Shown: in pieces, positions 1-11,232 of the stretch
How positions within the stretch are numbered: position 1 is the stretch's first letter
Layout: every line of letters begins with the position of its first letter
Assembly: GCF_001194135.2 (NCBI RefSeq)
Contig: NC_068991.1
Coordinates: forward strand, 34,955,809-35,019,808
Source of the DNA: Octopus bimaculoides
Lineage: Eukaryota
Direction of reading: 5' to 3'
DNA: 64,000 bases
Translations under genes and position numbers: made by a program
Notes under the pieces: generated by a model
Database searches by the model: none
What the model was told of the DNA's origin: nothing
Seen by the model: the letters and a program-made list of their open reading frames with translations, nothing else

Positions 1-230
1 CACATAAAAGACACCATTTTGAGCGTGGCCGTTTTCGTGCGGGTGACACGTAAAAGCACCCACTACACTCTCTGAGTGGCTGGCGTTAGGAAGGGCATCC
101 AGCTGTAGAAACTCTGCCAAATTAGACTGGAGCCTGGTGTTGCCATCTGGTTTCACCAGTCCTCAGTCAAATCGTCCAACCCATGCTAGCATGGAATGCG
201 GACGTTAAACGATGATGATGATGATGATGA
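1..230 (+). mobile_element. RTE-tail short element / SINE family A, ending in (GAT)n; runs off the window start
   Basis: gttaggaagggcatccagc...ccatgctagcatggaa...gttaaacGATGATGAT. Near-identical to 32330-32590. Confidence 0.85.
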
Positions 231-243
231 TATATATATATAT

Positions 244-404
244 ATACGATGGACTTCTTTCAGTTTCCATCTACCAAATCCACTCACAAGGCTGTGGTTG
301 GCCTGTGGCCATAGTAGAAGTCACCCGAGGTATCACACAGTGGGACTAAACCTGGAACCATGTGGTTGGGAAGCAAGCTTCTTACCACATAGCCATGACT
401 GCAC
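244..404 (-). mobile_element. tRNA-headed SINE family B, 5' half
   Basis: Homologous to the head of the copies at 10848-11232, 35158-35592 and 49878-50319. Confidence 0.75.
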
Positions 405-1289
405 CTCTCATCTACATACCAGCACTCCACCCGGACTACCACTGGATACACTTTCACAGATTTCACTGGACTCTTCCACTGAGGAAAAATCACTTCTATA
501 TACCAAGACGTCTGAACTTTTTTGAACTTTGTTTTTCATACTCTGTACATTGTTACTTTGCCTTTCTCTCTCCTTTTCTTCTTCTTTTCTTCCCCGTTTT
601 CTCTCCTTTTCTTCTCTTTTTTCCTTCTCTTCATAACTTTTGAATTTTTTGAACTTTCATACTCCATATGTTATTACTTTGCCTTTCTCACCCCTTTTCT
701 CTTTTCGTTTTTCTTTTTTCTCCTTTTTCCAGCATGCCTGATTACAAATCCTTCCTTCTCCACCTCCACCACTGCCTAATGAAACACCTTTTCATGCTCC
801 CTTTCCACTGCTATTAACCTTCTATTAATCTTTCCCTAAGATTGTCAAAAAATACACTTCTGTAGTCACATTTCCTTTCTCAGTTGCTGCCTTCACCACC
901 ACCTCATCCCCAAAGGTTTCTGCCTCCATTTCCACCCTACTTTCCACTCTGCTTCTGCCATCCTGCCCATACTCCATACTACTTCCTCCTGCCTTATGCG
1001 TGCCATCATTTGTTCTAATCTCTCCAAAATATACAACCTCGACTGCCTTCTCCCTCTCATTTTCCCCTGTCTTTCACCTTCCTTTGCACATTCTACTCTA
1101 CGCTTCATAATTCATTTAAATCATCAAACTCCATTCCCATCCTCCTCCCTCCCCAATACACTCCCCCTCATCCTCACTCCAACCCTTCCATTACTCCAGC
1201 CCCCCCATGCACTTACTCTTTCTTCTTTCTCTTCCCACCCTTCCACTGCCCCCACCACCCCTCCCACGTCTAACTCATCCACCTCCTCT

Positions 1290-3345
1290 CCACTTCAGTC
1301 TATTGTTACCATTCCTCCTGATCTTTCCCTCTCTGAGGTGGAGCACTCTCTTCTCAGTAAGGGTCTGTGCTTCCCCTCCTCACTCCATCCAGTAACGAAT
1401 TTCAGACCCATGCTGATATTCATAGCTTTGTGCTCCACATCAGGCTATATATACTATTCCACAACACTCCACCTGCATCTAATGAAGAGGACTGCTTCAC
1501 CGAACTGGGCCGCCAACTATCCCACTGGATACCAGCTCCTGACCAGATCCAAGCAGTTGATCATTTTGCAAGCATCTGCCAATGTGTTACGGATTGGTTT
1601 AACTTTTGGAGGCGTCCCCGACATTTTAACATCTCCTCAGCCAAACTCTCAGCCTTTCAATGTCTCCAATGCTGCAAAGACATCATCAAACTGGCCGACA
1701 AGGGTGGAGACATGATGGTGGGGCACGCAGACCTCTACAAGGCTGAAGCTCTCCACCAACTTGAAGACACCTATTGCCCTCTGCCCTCCAACCCCATGCC
1801 TAACTACCGACAGACTGGGACTTCCACTATCCATGACTTCATCTCTTCCTCCCATCTTTCTCCCACCGCCTCCAACAATGTGTCTGCACTCCATACTCCC
1901 CCACCAAAATCCACAAGCCCAATAACCCTGGCTGCCCCATCGTTTCCATCAGTAACTGCCCCACAGAATCGATTTCTAAATACCTCAACCATGTCTTTGC
2001 ACCCCGTCACTGGTTTCCCTCCCCTCTCACATACACGACACTAACCATGCTCTCCATCTCTTGAACTCTTTCTCCTTCCCTTCTGGCTCCTCTAAACTTC
2101 TCTTCACTTTTGATATCAAGAGTCTCTACACAGTAATCCCACACAACGAAGGACTTCTTGCACTCAAACACTTCCCAGACTTTCAATCCAACCCCCAGCC
2201 TGACACCTCCACACTTCTTTACCTGACTGAACTTGTTCTCTCCCTCAACTGCTTCTCATTCCAGCAGGTATTTTTACCAACAAATCTCATGAGTGGCCAT
2301 GGGAATGAGAATGGGCCCAACTATGTGAACCTGATCATTGGCTATGCTGACACCCAAATATTCTCATGATTCACTGGTCCCACTCTCCTCTCTTTTGTCC
2401 AATCCTTCCATCCTGCCCTTGAATTCACCTGCACTATTACCAACACTTCCATCGCATTTCTCGACATTTCTGTCAAATTACACCACTTTGCTCTCACTAC
2501 CTCCATCCACTACAAACATACCAACTCACACTCCTACCTTAACTTCTCCTCCTCCCACCCTACCCACACCAAGCTCTCCATCCCCTACTCCCAATTCCTC
2601 TGTCTGCACAGGTTCTGTAAAGACAACCATGACTTTGAGATTTAGTCGCAACTCATGACTCACCACTTCACCCTACCTGAATATCTCCTCACCACTATCC
2701 ATAAGGTTATTGCCAGGGCACATTCCATGGACTGTGCCTCTGCTCTCTCTCCCCACACCCACCCTGCCATTGCCCATCTCCTCTTTCCCCTCACCTACCA
2801 TCCTCCACCCTGCCCCTCCAATGCACCATTCTCCAAGCCTTCCAGTGACTTCAGTCTGACCCCTCCACCTCGCACATCTTCCCCAACCTACCCCTTTCTT
2901 CTGTCAAACAAGCCCACAACCTGCATGACCTCCTGGTCCACAGTTTCTTCCCTAACCACACCTCCCAACCTGGCTCATTCCCCTGCTTCTGCCCACATAG
3001 CCGCACTTGCCCCTACCTTTCCAACACCACCATCTGCACAGGCACCCATCATCATCCCTATCACATCACCAACTCCTTTACTTGCACTTCTAGCAACATC
3101 ATTTACTGCATCTCCTGCCCTGTCTGCCTTTCTCTGTACATCAGTCAAATGGGATGTTGCTTGGCTGAGACATCACATTCAACAACGACTCCCCGGTCTC
3201 ATGCCATTTCCGCTCTACTGGTCATTCACTACAACACCTATCTGAGTTTGGATTGTCTTTGCACAGGGGCCATTTGGATCCTGCCTTCACTGTGAATGAG
3301 AATTAATCTTCACTCTGAGTTCCTTTGCACCATATGGTCTCAAAT
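1290..3345 (+). mobile_element. Decayed Penelope-like element: RT plus GIY-YIG endonuclease, many stops and frameshifts
   Basis: Frame-hopping motifs LLSKGLCF, IIKLADKGG, LFTFDIKSLYTVIPHNEG, MGPNYVNL, HSYL/SSSHP...SIPYSQF, and C-terminal FTCTSSNIIYCISC..C..LYI (VIY-YIG-like). Confidence 0.88.
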
Positions 3346-3700
3346 CTCCTCCTCCCCTCTCTTCATCTGACACCTACTTCCTCTCTTCACTCCTACTCAC
3401 CTTGTTTCTTTGTTGATACCACCCCCTCTCCCCACACATTCACACCCACATTCCCACACTTATAAATCCCCATACCCCTACATCCCAACACCCCACACCA
3501 CCACACCACCACACATCACACCATCCCACACCACTCCACATGCACACACACTTATACATTCTCATATACACACACATGCATACGCACCTTCGTTTTGGGA
3601 TCACCAATACTTTATTATCTCCCCTTCTTTCAACCTCTCCTGTCAGACCATTTTTTTTCAACCAGTCACCATGAGTATATGTATGTATGTATGTATGTAT

Positions 3701-3999
3701 TTAACAGCAAATTGGTCATCTTCACTTACAGCCTTTTCTATTAACACTCAACAAACATTAAATTTACATTTATGTGATATGAGCATAATATCATCAGAGG
3801 AAAAAAGATGTACACTTGGATGCCATATGTGTGTTTGTGACTAGTCTGCTGAAATGAATTCACAAACACACATATAGCATCCAAAGGTACATCTTTTTAC
3901 CTCTGATGATATTATGCTCATGCCGCATAAATGTAAATTTAATGTTTATTGAATATTAATAGAAAAGGCTGTAAGTGAAGATGACCAATTTGCTGTTAA
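3701..3999. mobile_element. Palindromic MITE-like element: about 140-bp arms, 19-nt loop, TTAA at both ends
   Basis: 3701-3840 is the near-perfect reverse complement of 3860-3999. Ends read TTAA|CAGC...GCTG|TTAA. Confidence 0.85.
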
Positions 4000-4179
4000 T
4001 AATAAACAATTATTAACTTCCCAATCTCCATTTTCTTTTTTAAATGAATATAAACTATATGTTTTTATATGCAACTATTATTTTAATGAGTGTAGGACAA
4101 AAGCCCCATAGTTAAAGTGTGAAAGTGGATAAAAGCCCCACGGTTATTTTTTTTGATTATTTTTTCATTTTTCTCACCT

Positions 4180-4650
4180 TTTACTTGTTTCAGTTATTAG
4201 ACTGAGGCCATGCTGGGGCACCACCTTGAAGAATCATTAGTTGAATGTATTGACCCCAGAATTTTTTTTTTCCATTTTACTTGTTTGCTGTTACTAGAAT
4301 GCGACCATGCTGGTGCACCACCTTGAAGAATTTTTAGTCAAATGTATCAACACTAGAATTTTTTTTGTTTACTTACTGCAGTTATTAGACTGCAGCCATG
4401 CTGGGGCACCATTTTGAAGAATTTTTAGTTGAATGTAACAACCTCAGAACTTTTTTAAATGATTTTCTACCAGTGCATGAAGTTAAGCCTAGAAGGTATC
4501 TCCACATGCTAGAAATAACAACCAAATCACATGGAATTTTTTTATAACCCCTCTTGGTTTTTTTTATTTTCTAAAAATTTTTGTACTTGTTTCACTCATT
4601 GGACTGTGGCCATGCTGGTGCACCAGCTCAAAGAATTTTTGGTCATAAAA
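4180..4650 (-). repeat. Array of 3-4 diverged ~90-bp units derived from the SINE family B 3' end
   Basis: Repeated ttttacttgttt...gccatgctggggcaccaccttgaagaatttttag at about 4180, 4276, 4370 and 4584. Confidence 0.75.
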
Positions 4651-4849
4651 AAAATGGGCATTTAAAAATATATATTTAAAGCCTTATGTTTTCTTCTCTC
4701 AGCACTTACAGATTAATGAGAATAAGTTGACTTTTTGAATCTTCTCCAGCCGTTGAATGTCTAACAGAATTATGACCAAAGGCTAGTCATTTAAACATAC
4801 TTCTTATCGTTTTTATGTTTCTACACATTTCTTGATGTGGAGATATGCG

Positions 4850-4985
4850 TGTGGGGAGAGGGGGTGGTATCAACAAAGAAAGAAGGTAAGTAGGAGTGAA
4901 GAGAGGAAGTAGGTATCAGATGAAGAGAGGAGATGAGGAGATTTAAGACCATGTGGTGCAAAGGAACTCAGAGTGAAGATTAAAA
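4850..4985 (-). mobile_element. Inverted partial copy of the Penelope 3' end (matches about 3302-3440)
   Basis: Reverse complement of ttaatcttcactctgagttcctttgcacca...gttgataccaccccctctcccca, with few substitutions. Confidence 0.8.
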
Positions 4986-5427
4986 CTTTCCCTTTTATTA
5001 GAATTCAGACAATATGTACATTGAGTAGTAAAGAGTCTTGTGTTCTGTTATTCTATTATTGATGTTAAGGTTGATTGATTTTCATTTTCAAACTTTAAAA
5101 TTATTCTAAAAATGAGAAAAATAATTGAAACACATGGAACATGCCATTGTGAAGGACATAGATGTTTTGACACCATCTTTCAATTGAATATATTTTGTTT
5201 ACTTAAAAGTTGGAATTTTGAAAAATAATTTTTTTGGATCTAGTTTCATTCGCAAAATGAGCCCCCTTTAATTTTACTCAGATTGCTTTCAATTTTGGTG
5301 TATCGATGCAACTCTGATTTTTGATTACGATCAACCAGTTACTTTATCTCGTGATGTTATTTGGATTTAAAGCTGGGAAATTTGGGTAATTTTAACCAAT
5401 CAACAGACAGCGAGGCATTAACAGCTT

Positions 5428-5441
5428 GTTACCATGACAAC
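5428..5441. promoter_or_regulatory. RFX X-box-like motif GTTACCATGACAAC in a CpG-retaining island
   Basis: Fits RTHNYYWTRRNRAC exactly. CCAAT at 5396-5400 and TGACGT at 5472-5477 are nearby. Confidence 0.45.
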
Positions 5442-6713
5442 CGTACATTGTGTTGTTACACTTCATCCACATGACGTGTTAATTCTTCACACCACGAGAT
5501 TTACTTCACCCGCGTGTTTTGTTTTAATAAAAATTTATATTTATCAATTAGAATTTTATTATAGATATTTTTCGTCAATTGTCTTAATATTTTACATATT
5601 TTTCATATGTAGCAAAAGTTATTTGCAATGTTTATTCAGTTTCTTGGCATTATGAAGGTGAATGGTATATGTGAACTTAGCACACAACCGCACACTTACA
5701 CTTCAAGTACAGTACTGACAAACCATCGGTCACTTATCAACTCAGTATTACCAAGCTTCAGGGACTCATTGACTCAGATAGCTGGATTTCGCTAGGTTAA
5801 TTCTATTCATAAACATTTAAATTAGGAGTATTTCTTAAACCATTAGCTTCACATTTCAACAGTTTAACTGAAATTTAGCCCACATAACAGGAACTGAGAG
5901 GGATATCATGGAATAGGGAAACTGTGGGTGATACAGATAATTTGACATTATTTTTGAATTCTGCATGCAAAAACATAAGATACAGGTATTTTTTTTCTTT
6001 GGAAAAATTCTTTGTTGACCAGTGTTATTCTTACCTTAGTTTACAAATCTAAGCATGAAAACGTTACTTAACTTTGAAGTTTTGAAGACAGACACCCCCT
6101 TTTCACACACACACACAAATGCACTTATATACTAATGTATATTAAAATACAAGACAGGTATATATAATACTGAAATATGCATATGCAGGCAAATATATTA
6201 TTATAACAATTTTTTTTTTAAATAATAAAGACATACAATCAATGAAGAGACAAAAGAAACAGTAAGATGATACATGTTGATTTTATTAGGTATTTCTGTT
6301 TATTTAGAAACCTACAAAGAACAGGTCAGATGCTAAACTATATATTTCACTGGGTACAACCTTAAAGTTGACACTGCTCTGCTAAACACAGAAAATTTCT
6401 CTCTTGCTATTGGCTAAAAATACACAGTTTTTCCGATTTTTAAACCTCTCTATCTTTTTCCTCCAATTTTTTTTTTCTCCACAACATCATACCTTCGTAG
6501 CATTGAGACTGGAAGACTACATTATTATAGCCGATTTTCAGATACTCTCTTTTACTCTTTTATTTGTTTCAGTCATCTGACTGCGGCCATGCTGGTGCAC
6601 CTAAAAAATGCATATTTTGTGAATGAAACAAACAAGATCCTTTTAACAATGATTTCCGTTTATGTTTACATGAAATTATAAAAAAAATTGTAAGATTTGG
6701 CTGTTATTTCTAG

Positions 6714-7237
6714 NNNNNNNNNNNNNNNNNNNNNNNNNNNNNNNNNNNNNNNNNNNNNNNNNNNNNNNNNNNNNNNNNNNNNNNNNNNNNNNNNNNNNNN
6801 NNNNNNNNNNNNNNNNNNNNNNNNNNNNNNNNNNNNNNNNNNNNNNNNNNNNNNNNNNNNNNNNNNNNNNNNNNNNNNNNNNNNNNNNNNNNNNNNNNNN
6901 NNNNNNNNNNNNNNNNNNNNNNNNNNNNNNNNNNNNNNNNNNNNNNNNNNNNNNNNNNNNNNNNNNNNNNNNNNNNNNNNNNNNNNNNNNNNNNNNNNNN
7001 NNNNNNNNNNNNNNNNNNNNNNNNNNNNNNNNNNNNNNNNNNNNNNNNNNNNNNNNNNNNNNNNNNNNNNNNNNNNNNNNNNNNNNNNNNNNNNNNNNNN
7101 NNNNNNNNNNNNNNNNNNNNNNNNNNNNNNNNNNNNNNNNNNNNNNNNNNNNNNNNNNNNNNNNNNNNNNNNNNNNNNNNNNNNNNNNNNNNNNNNNNNN
7201 NNNNNNNNNNNNNNNNNNNNNNNNNNNNNNNNNNNNN
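6714..7237. other. Assembly gap (others: 23938-24453, 37205-37864, 43030-43478, 47232-47821, 54654-55283)
   Basis: Runs of N. The X-rich ORFs in the track are artefacts of these gaps. Confidence 1.
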
Positions 7238-9059
7238 TATAAAGTTGACACTGCTCTGCTAAACACAAAAAATTTCTCTCTTGCTATTGGCTAAAAATAC
7301 ACAGTTTTTCCGATTTTTAAACCTCTGTAACTTTTTCCTCCAATTTTTCTGTATATATAACAATACTGGTATATTCACTACTTAAAATAAACTGCTTGGA
7401 TTATAATTAAATTAATTCATTGTTAGCATGTTCTTTTACCTCAGTACTCCTTTGTTAAATACCAGTATATACCAATTGATCAATATTCACTGATACCATC
7501 TGATTAGTTAGTATTTAACTTTCTAATATGCATAAATATCAAACTATTTCTGGATAATTATCTTTTCCTCCCTCTATTGTGGTAAAAGTTTAGTATATAC
7601 TCAAAAGTATTCATAAAACATTTTATCCTTTTGTTATAATTATTCTTCTTAGTAATCCTCTGAATAATCCTAAACTTTAACTTTATACAATATAGCAGTA
7701 TTGCTTCCCATGCTAGCATGGAAAGCGGCCGTTAAACGATGATGATTTAACTATAGTACTACATGATAAGATTTCCCCTGTTTCATTATCAATGGTCTGC
7801 TAGTGGCCAGCCCCCTTAATTGTCAACTAACATTTTGATTTAAGTTTTCCTTTACCAAATCCCATGATATTGCTTCAAATAAATCTTGATTTTTATGACT
7901 ATACCCACTATGATATCTGTCGACTCCCTCAGCCCTACCCCTAACAGACCGGCCTTAGATATACAAGGATTTGATAAAACTAGTCTATAAATTAAAACCG
8001 ACCCCATATAAAAGTGACAAGCAAAATCTGTAACAAGTCTTTCTTCCTGATAACTTAGTAGCTCCTAAGTGGAAGGAAGGGCAACAATGTTCTTTGTCTA
8101 TCTCCTTAACTTCTTGGAAATTTTAGGCAAAATTATACTAATGTGTTTTAATTTAATTAAATTCTATGTCTTTGTTCAGCTGAGGATTGCACTGTATTTA
8201 AATTGATGTAATGGTTGCATTGTTCAATTAAATGGAGTTGCATGAAACGATCGTACTGCATTACCTCTGGATATCCTTGTTGATTATTTTGATTCTAATC
8301 ACCTTATTTTGAAATTGTATGGATAATACCGTACTAAATTCTGGTGCCTCAACTTAAGTACTATATTCATCTGAATCTAAATTTTTGCTGAACTTATATC
8401 TATACTAGCTTAAAAGACACCCGATAGGGCAGCTTTTAAGCTAGCTCCTGTGGAGGGCTCTTCATTGAGCCCTGGGCCCAACAATGCATTGAGTACATAT
8501 TAAATTTTACTAAACTTGACCAATATTTTTCCTGCAATGAACGATTTTCATCAAAACAGTGATATAATTTGTCGACTTGGAACTTATTGCAAAGCTGCAT
8601 GATAAACATTTTTTGTCTTCCCATTCAGGGGTCAGTACAATTTATTTTTCTGTCTAACCTCTCTCTCTTTCTGTTGATTGTTTTCAACCATCACCAGTAC
8701 CACCATCTTCGCCACCATACCAGCTATACATACACCATTCAGACTTTTGACGCCACCATCATCAATACTGCTGACTTTGCCCCCTTCCCCTCTACCACCA
8801 TCACCACTGTCTTTCACATAGCTTACTATCACCATTGTCCCTGGCTGCTTCAGTTATCACCACCACCACTACTATCATCACCGTCGCCTTCGCCTCTATC
8901 ACAACTACAGCTTATAATATTACTATCATCCCATTACCATCACAACCGTCAATCTATTACCGTCTCTATGCCTAGGAGTGTCAATGAATTGTGAGAGAAG
9001 GGATCGAAGTGTGACACACTGACCCACAGAAATTAATTTTTGCATTTATTATATATATA

Positions 9060-9402
9060 TATATATATATACATTGCGTGTATGTGTGTCTGTCTGTCCT
9101 CCACCACCAGCGCTTGACAACCGGTGCTGGTGTGTTTACGTCCCCGTAATTTAGCGGTTCGACAAAATAGACAAATAGAATAAGACTTTCCGTATTCCCG
9201 AGCGTCATACTAATATATACTTTTGTTATTTACACCACCTGTCCTCGTCTGTTGTTATTATTTGTATATTCTCCCAAATAGAATAAGTACCAAGCTTTAA
9301 AAAATAAGTACTGGAGTCGATACATTCGACTAAAACTTTTGCAAGCCGGTACTCCAGCATGGCCGCAGTCTACTGACTGAAACAAGTAAAAGATAAAAGA
9401 TA
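9060..9402 (+). mobile_element. SINE family B 3' half with a 91-bp nested insert (9185-9275)
   Basis: cgcttgacaaccggtgctggtgtgtttacgtccccgtaa...aaagataaaaga. Insert flanked by a direct repeat aaatagaataag. Confidence 0.8.
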
Positions 9403-10665
9403 CTGCCACACTTCTATGAACACGTTATAAATTGGTTTTATCGTAAACAATCTTAATAGGAAGGATTACCAAAAAAAAAATTAAGCAACTCCTATACAAT
9501 AAACGCAACAGTAACAATAATCACACTGGAAACATTCCTAAGAAGTTAAAAATATAAATTTGAAAATAATTAACCGAAGAGAATATTAAATTAATATATT
9601 TTTATTTAATAAGTGACTTTTAACTCTTAACCGACGAACATCACCAATTGATGTTTCAACAATTTTACATATATATGGCCATCATCAAAGAAATGTAAAT
9701 AAATTTACGGCATTTTCGATAAAAAGATTGTAAATTTTATTGAGCGAGAGACAAACAATTACTATAGCTTTTGTACTTTTGATAACAATCCATTAAGAAA
9801 TGAAAAATCTTAAAGTGGTTGGAAGAAAACGAAAAAGATCCAAACGAAAATAATTATAAAAATTACCCTAAAGAAAAGGATATTTTCATTTCTATTTTTT
9901 TATATGGTTTTTTCCCATTGGTGCATATTTACGCATCCTTTTCCCACCGTTACGCATTTTGTGCACGTGATACCTAAATTTATGTTTGTATTTTCCCGGA
10001 TAGCTTTCGTTTCGTTATCATTTCTGCAAATATATGTACTAATATTCGGATATTTACATTCTATCTACTCAAAACGAAAGGTCGCCGATATATTTTATTA
10101 TCATCAGAGATGATAATTACGTATATAACAAGTAATGTATATGATACATTCATATTACAAAACCACATTAAAATACAAATCAAAAACTCAAGAAAAAAAG
10201 AGGAAGAAAGTAAGAAAAAAAATTACCGAAAAAAAAAAAGCATCGATTGAAGATCAATGTCCTCGATTAGTCCCCAAGGTCGCTAAATGTTTTATATGTA
10301 CTTAAAACCAAAGATTTTCTATTTCATAATTATTAAACTAATCGTTTTCAAGGCAGAAAATAAGAAATAACTTAGATTAAAGTGAAATATGAGCACTCAT
10401 ACTCACATTCACAAGTGCCCTTTCCCTTTTTTTAAATTAGTGCAGTTATTTTCACTTTGTCTGCCGTATTAAATAAAGATCGAGAGGTGACCGATAGCTT
10501 GTAATTAACTTTCATGAGTTTGCACACGCAATGTCGCCTCAATTTATTCTGCCAGACATTGTAACACTAAGTGACTGTTGAGAGTCGAAACAGCTCAATA
10601 CGCCAGCATACCCAAAGAATTTGGGGACTAATTTCTCAATCAAATAAGATTTTATAAACATATAT

Positions 10666-10674
10666 AAAAAAAAA
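10666..10674 (-). terminator. Pol III oligo-T terminator of the tRNA-Ala gene
   Basis: A9 run on + strand = T9 on minus, about 17 nt past the tRNA 3' end. Confidence 0.7.
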
Positions 10675-10691
10675 CATCTGTATTACAGATT

Positions 10692-10763
10692 TGGAGATGC
10701 CGGGTATCGAACCCGGGGCCTTTCGCATGCAAAGCGAACGCTCTACCACTGAGCTACATCCCC
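10692..10763 (-). tRNA. tRNA-Ala (anticodon UGC), intronless, intact
   Basis: GGGGATGTAGCTCAGTGGTAGAGCGTTCGCTTTGCATGCGAAAGGCCCCGGGTTCGATACCCGGCATCTCCA folds into a full cloverleaf with the G3:U70 Ala identity pair, A73, and A/B boxes. Confidence 0.97.
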
Positions 10764-10847
10764 TATACGTTACCGAGGGATATATTATTAACATTAAATT
10801 TAATTGTAATAGACTAACCAATTTATGTTTATACTTTGAGGTATGGT

Positions 10848-11232
10848 CTTTTATTCTTTTACTTGTTTGTCATTTGACTGTGGCCATGCTGGAGCACACA
10901 TTTAGTCGAGCAAATCGATCCCAGAACATATTCTTTGGAAGCCTAGTACTTATTCTATTGTCATTATTGCCGAACCGCTAAGTTACGGGGACGTAAACAC
11001 ACCACCATCGGTTGTCAAGCGATGTTCGGGGGACAAACACAAACACACACATATATACATATATACGACGGGCTTCTTTCGGTTTCCGTCTACCAAATCC
11101 TCTCACAAGGCTTTGGTCGGCCCGAGGCTATAGTAGAAGACACTTGCCCAAGGTGCTAAGCAGTGGGACTGAACCCGGAACCATGTGGTTCATAAGCAAG
11201 CTACTTACCACACAGCCAGCCACTCCTGCGCC
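10848..11232 (-). mobile_element. Near full-length, CpG-intact SINE family B copy next to the tRNA
   Basis: tRNA-like head ggcgcaggagtggct...gggttcagtcccactgc, central (TG/TA)n, tail aaagaataaaag. Confidence 0.85.

Noticed and set aside
996-1715. 239-aa Pro/Ser/Leu-rich ORF as a host gene
   Set aside because: Low-complexity off-frame reading of the decayed Penelope element.
6666-7268. Long X-containing ORFs here and at 23786-24509, 36962-38167, 42967-43520, 47128-47850 and 54560-55505
   Set aside because: Artefacts of translating through N-gaps and microsatellites.
8569-8994. 141-aa His/Thr/Ser-rich ORF
   Set aside because: Degenerate (CAT/CAC)n microsatellite with no splice or homology support.
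10266-10632. 12-bp inverted repeat attagtccccaa / ttggggactaat
   Set aside because: No TSD, and a match of this length at this spacing is expected by chance in 64 kb.
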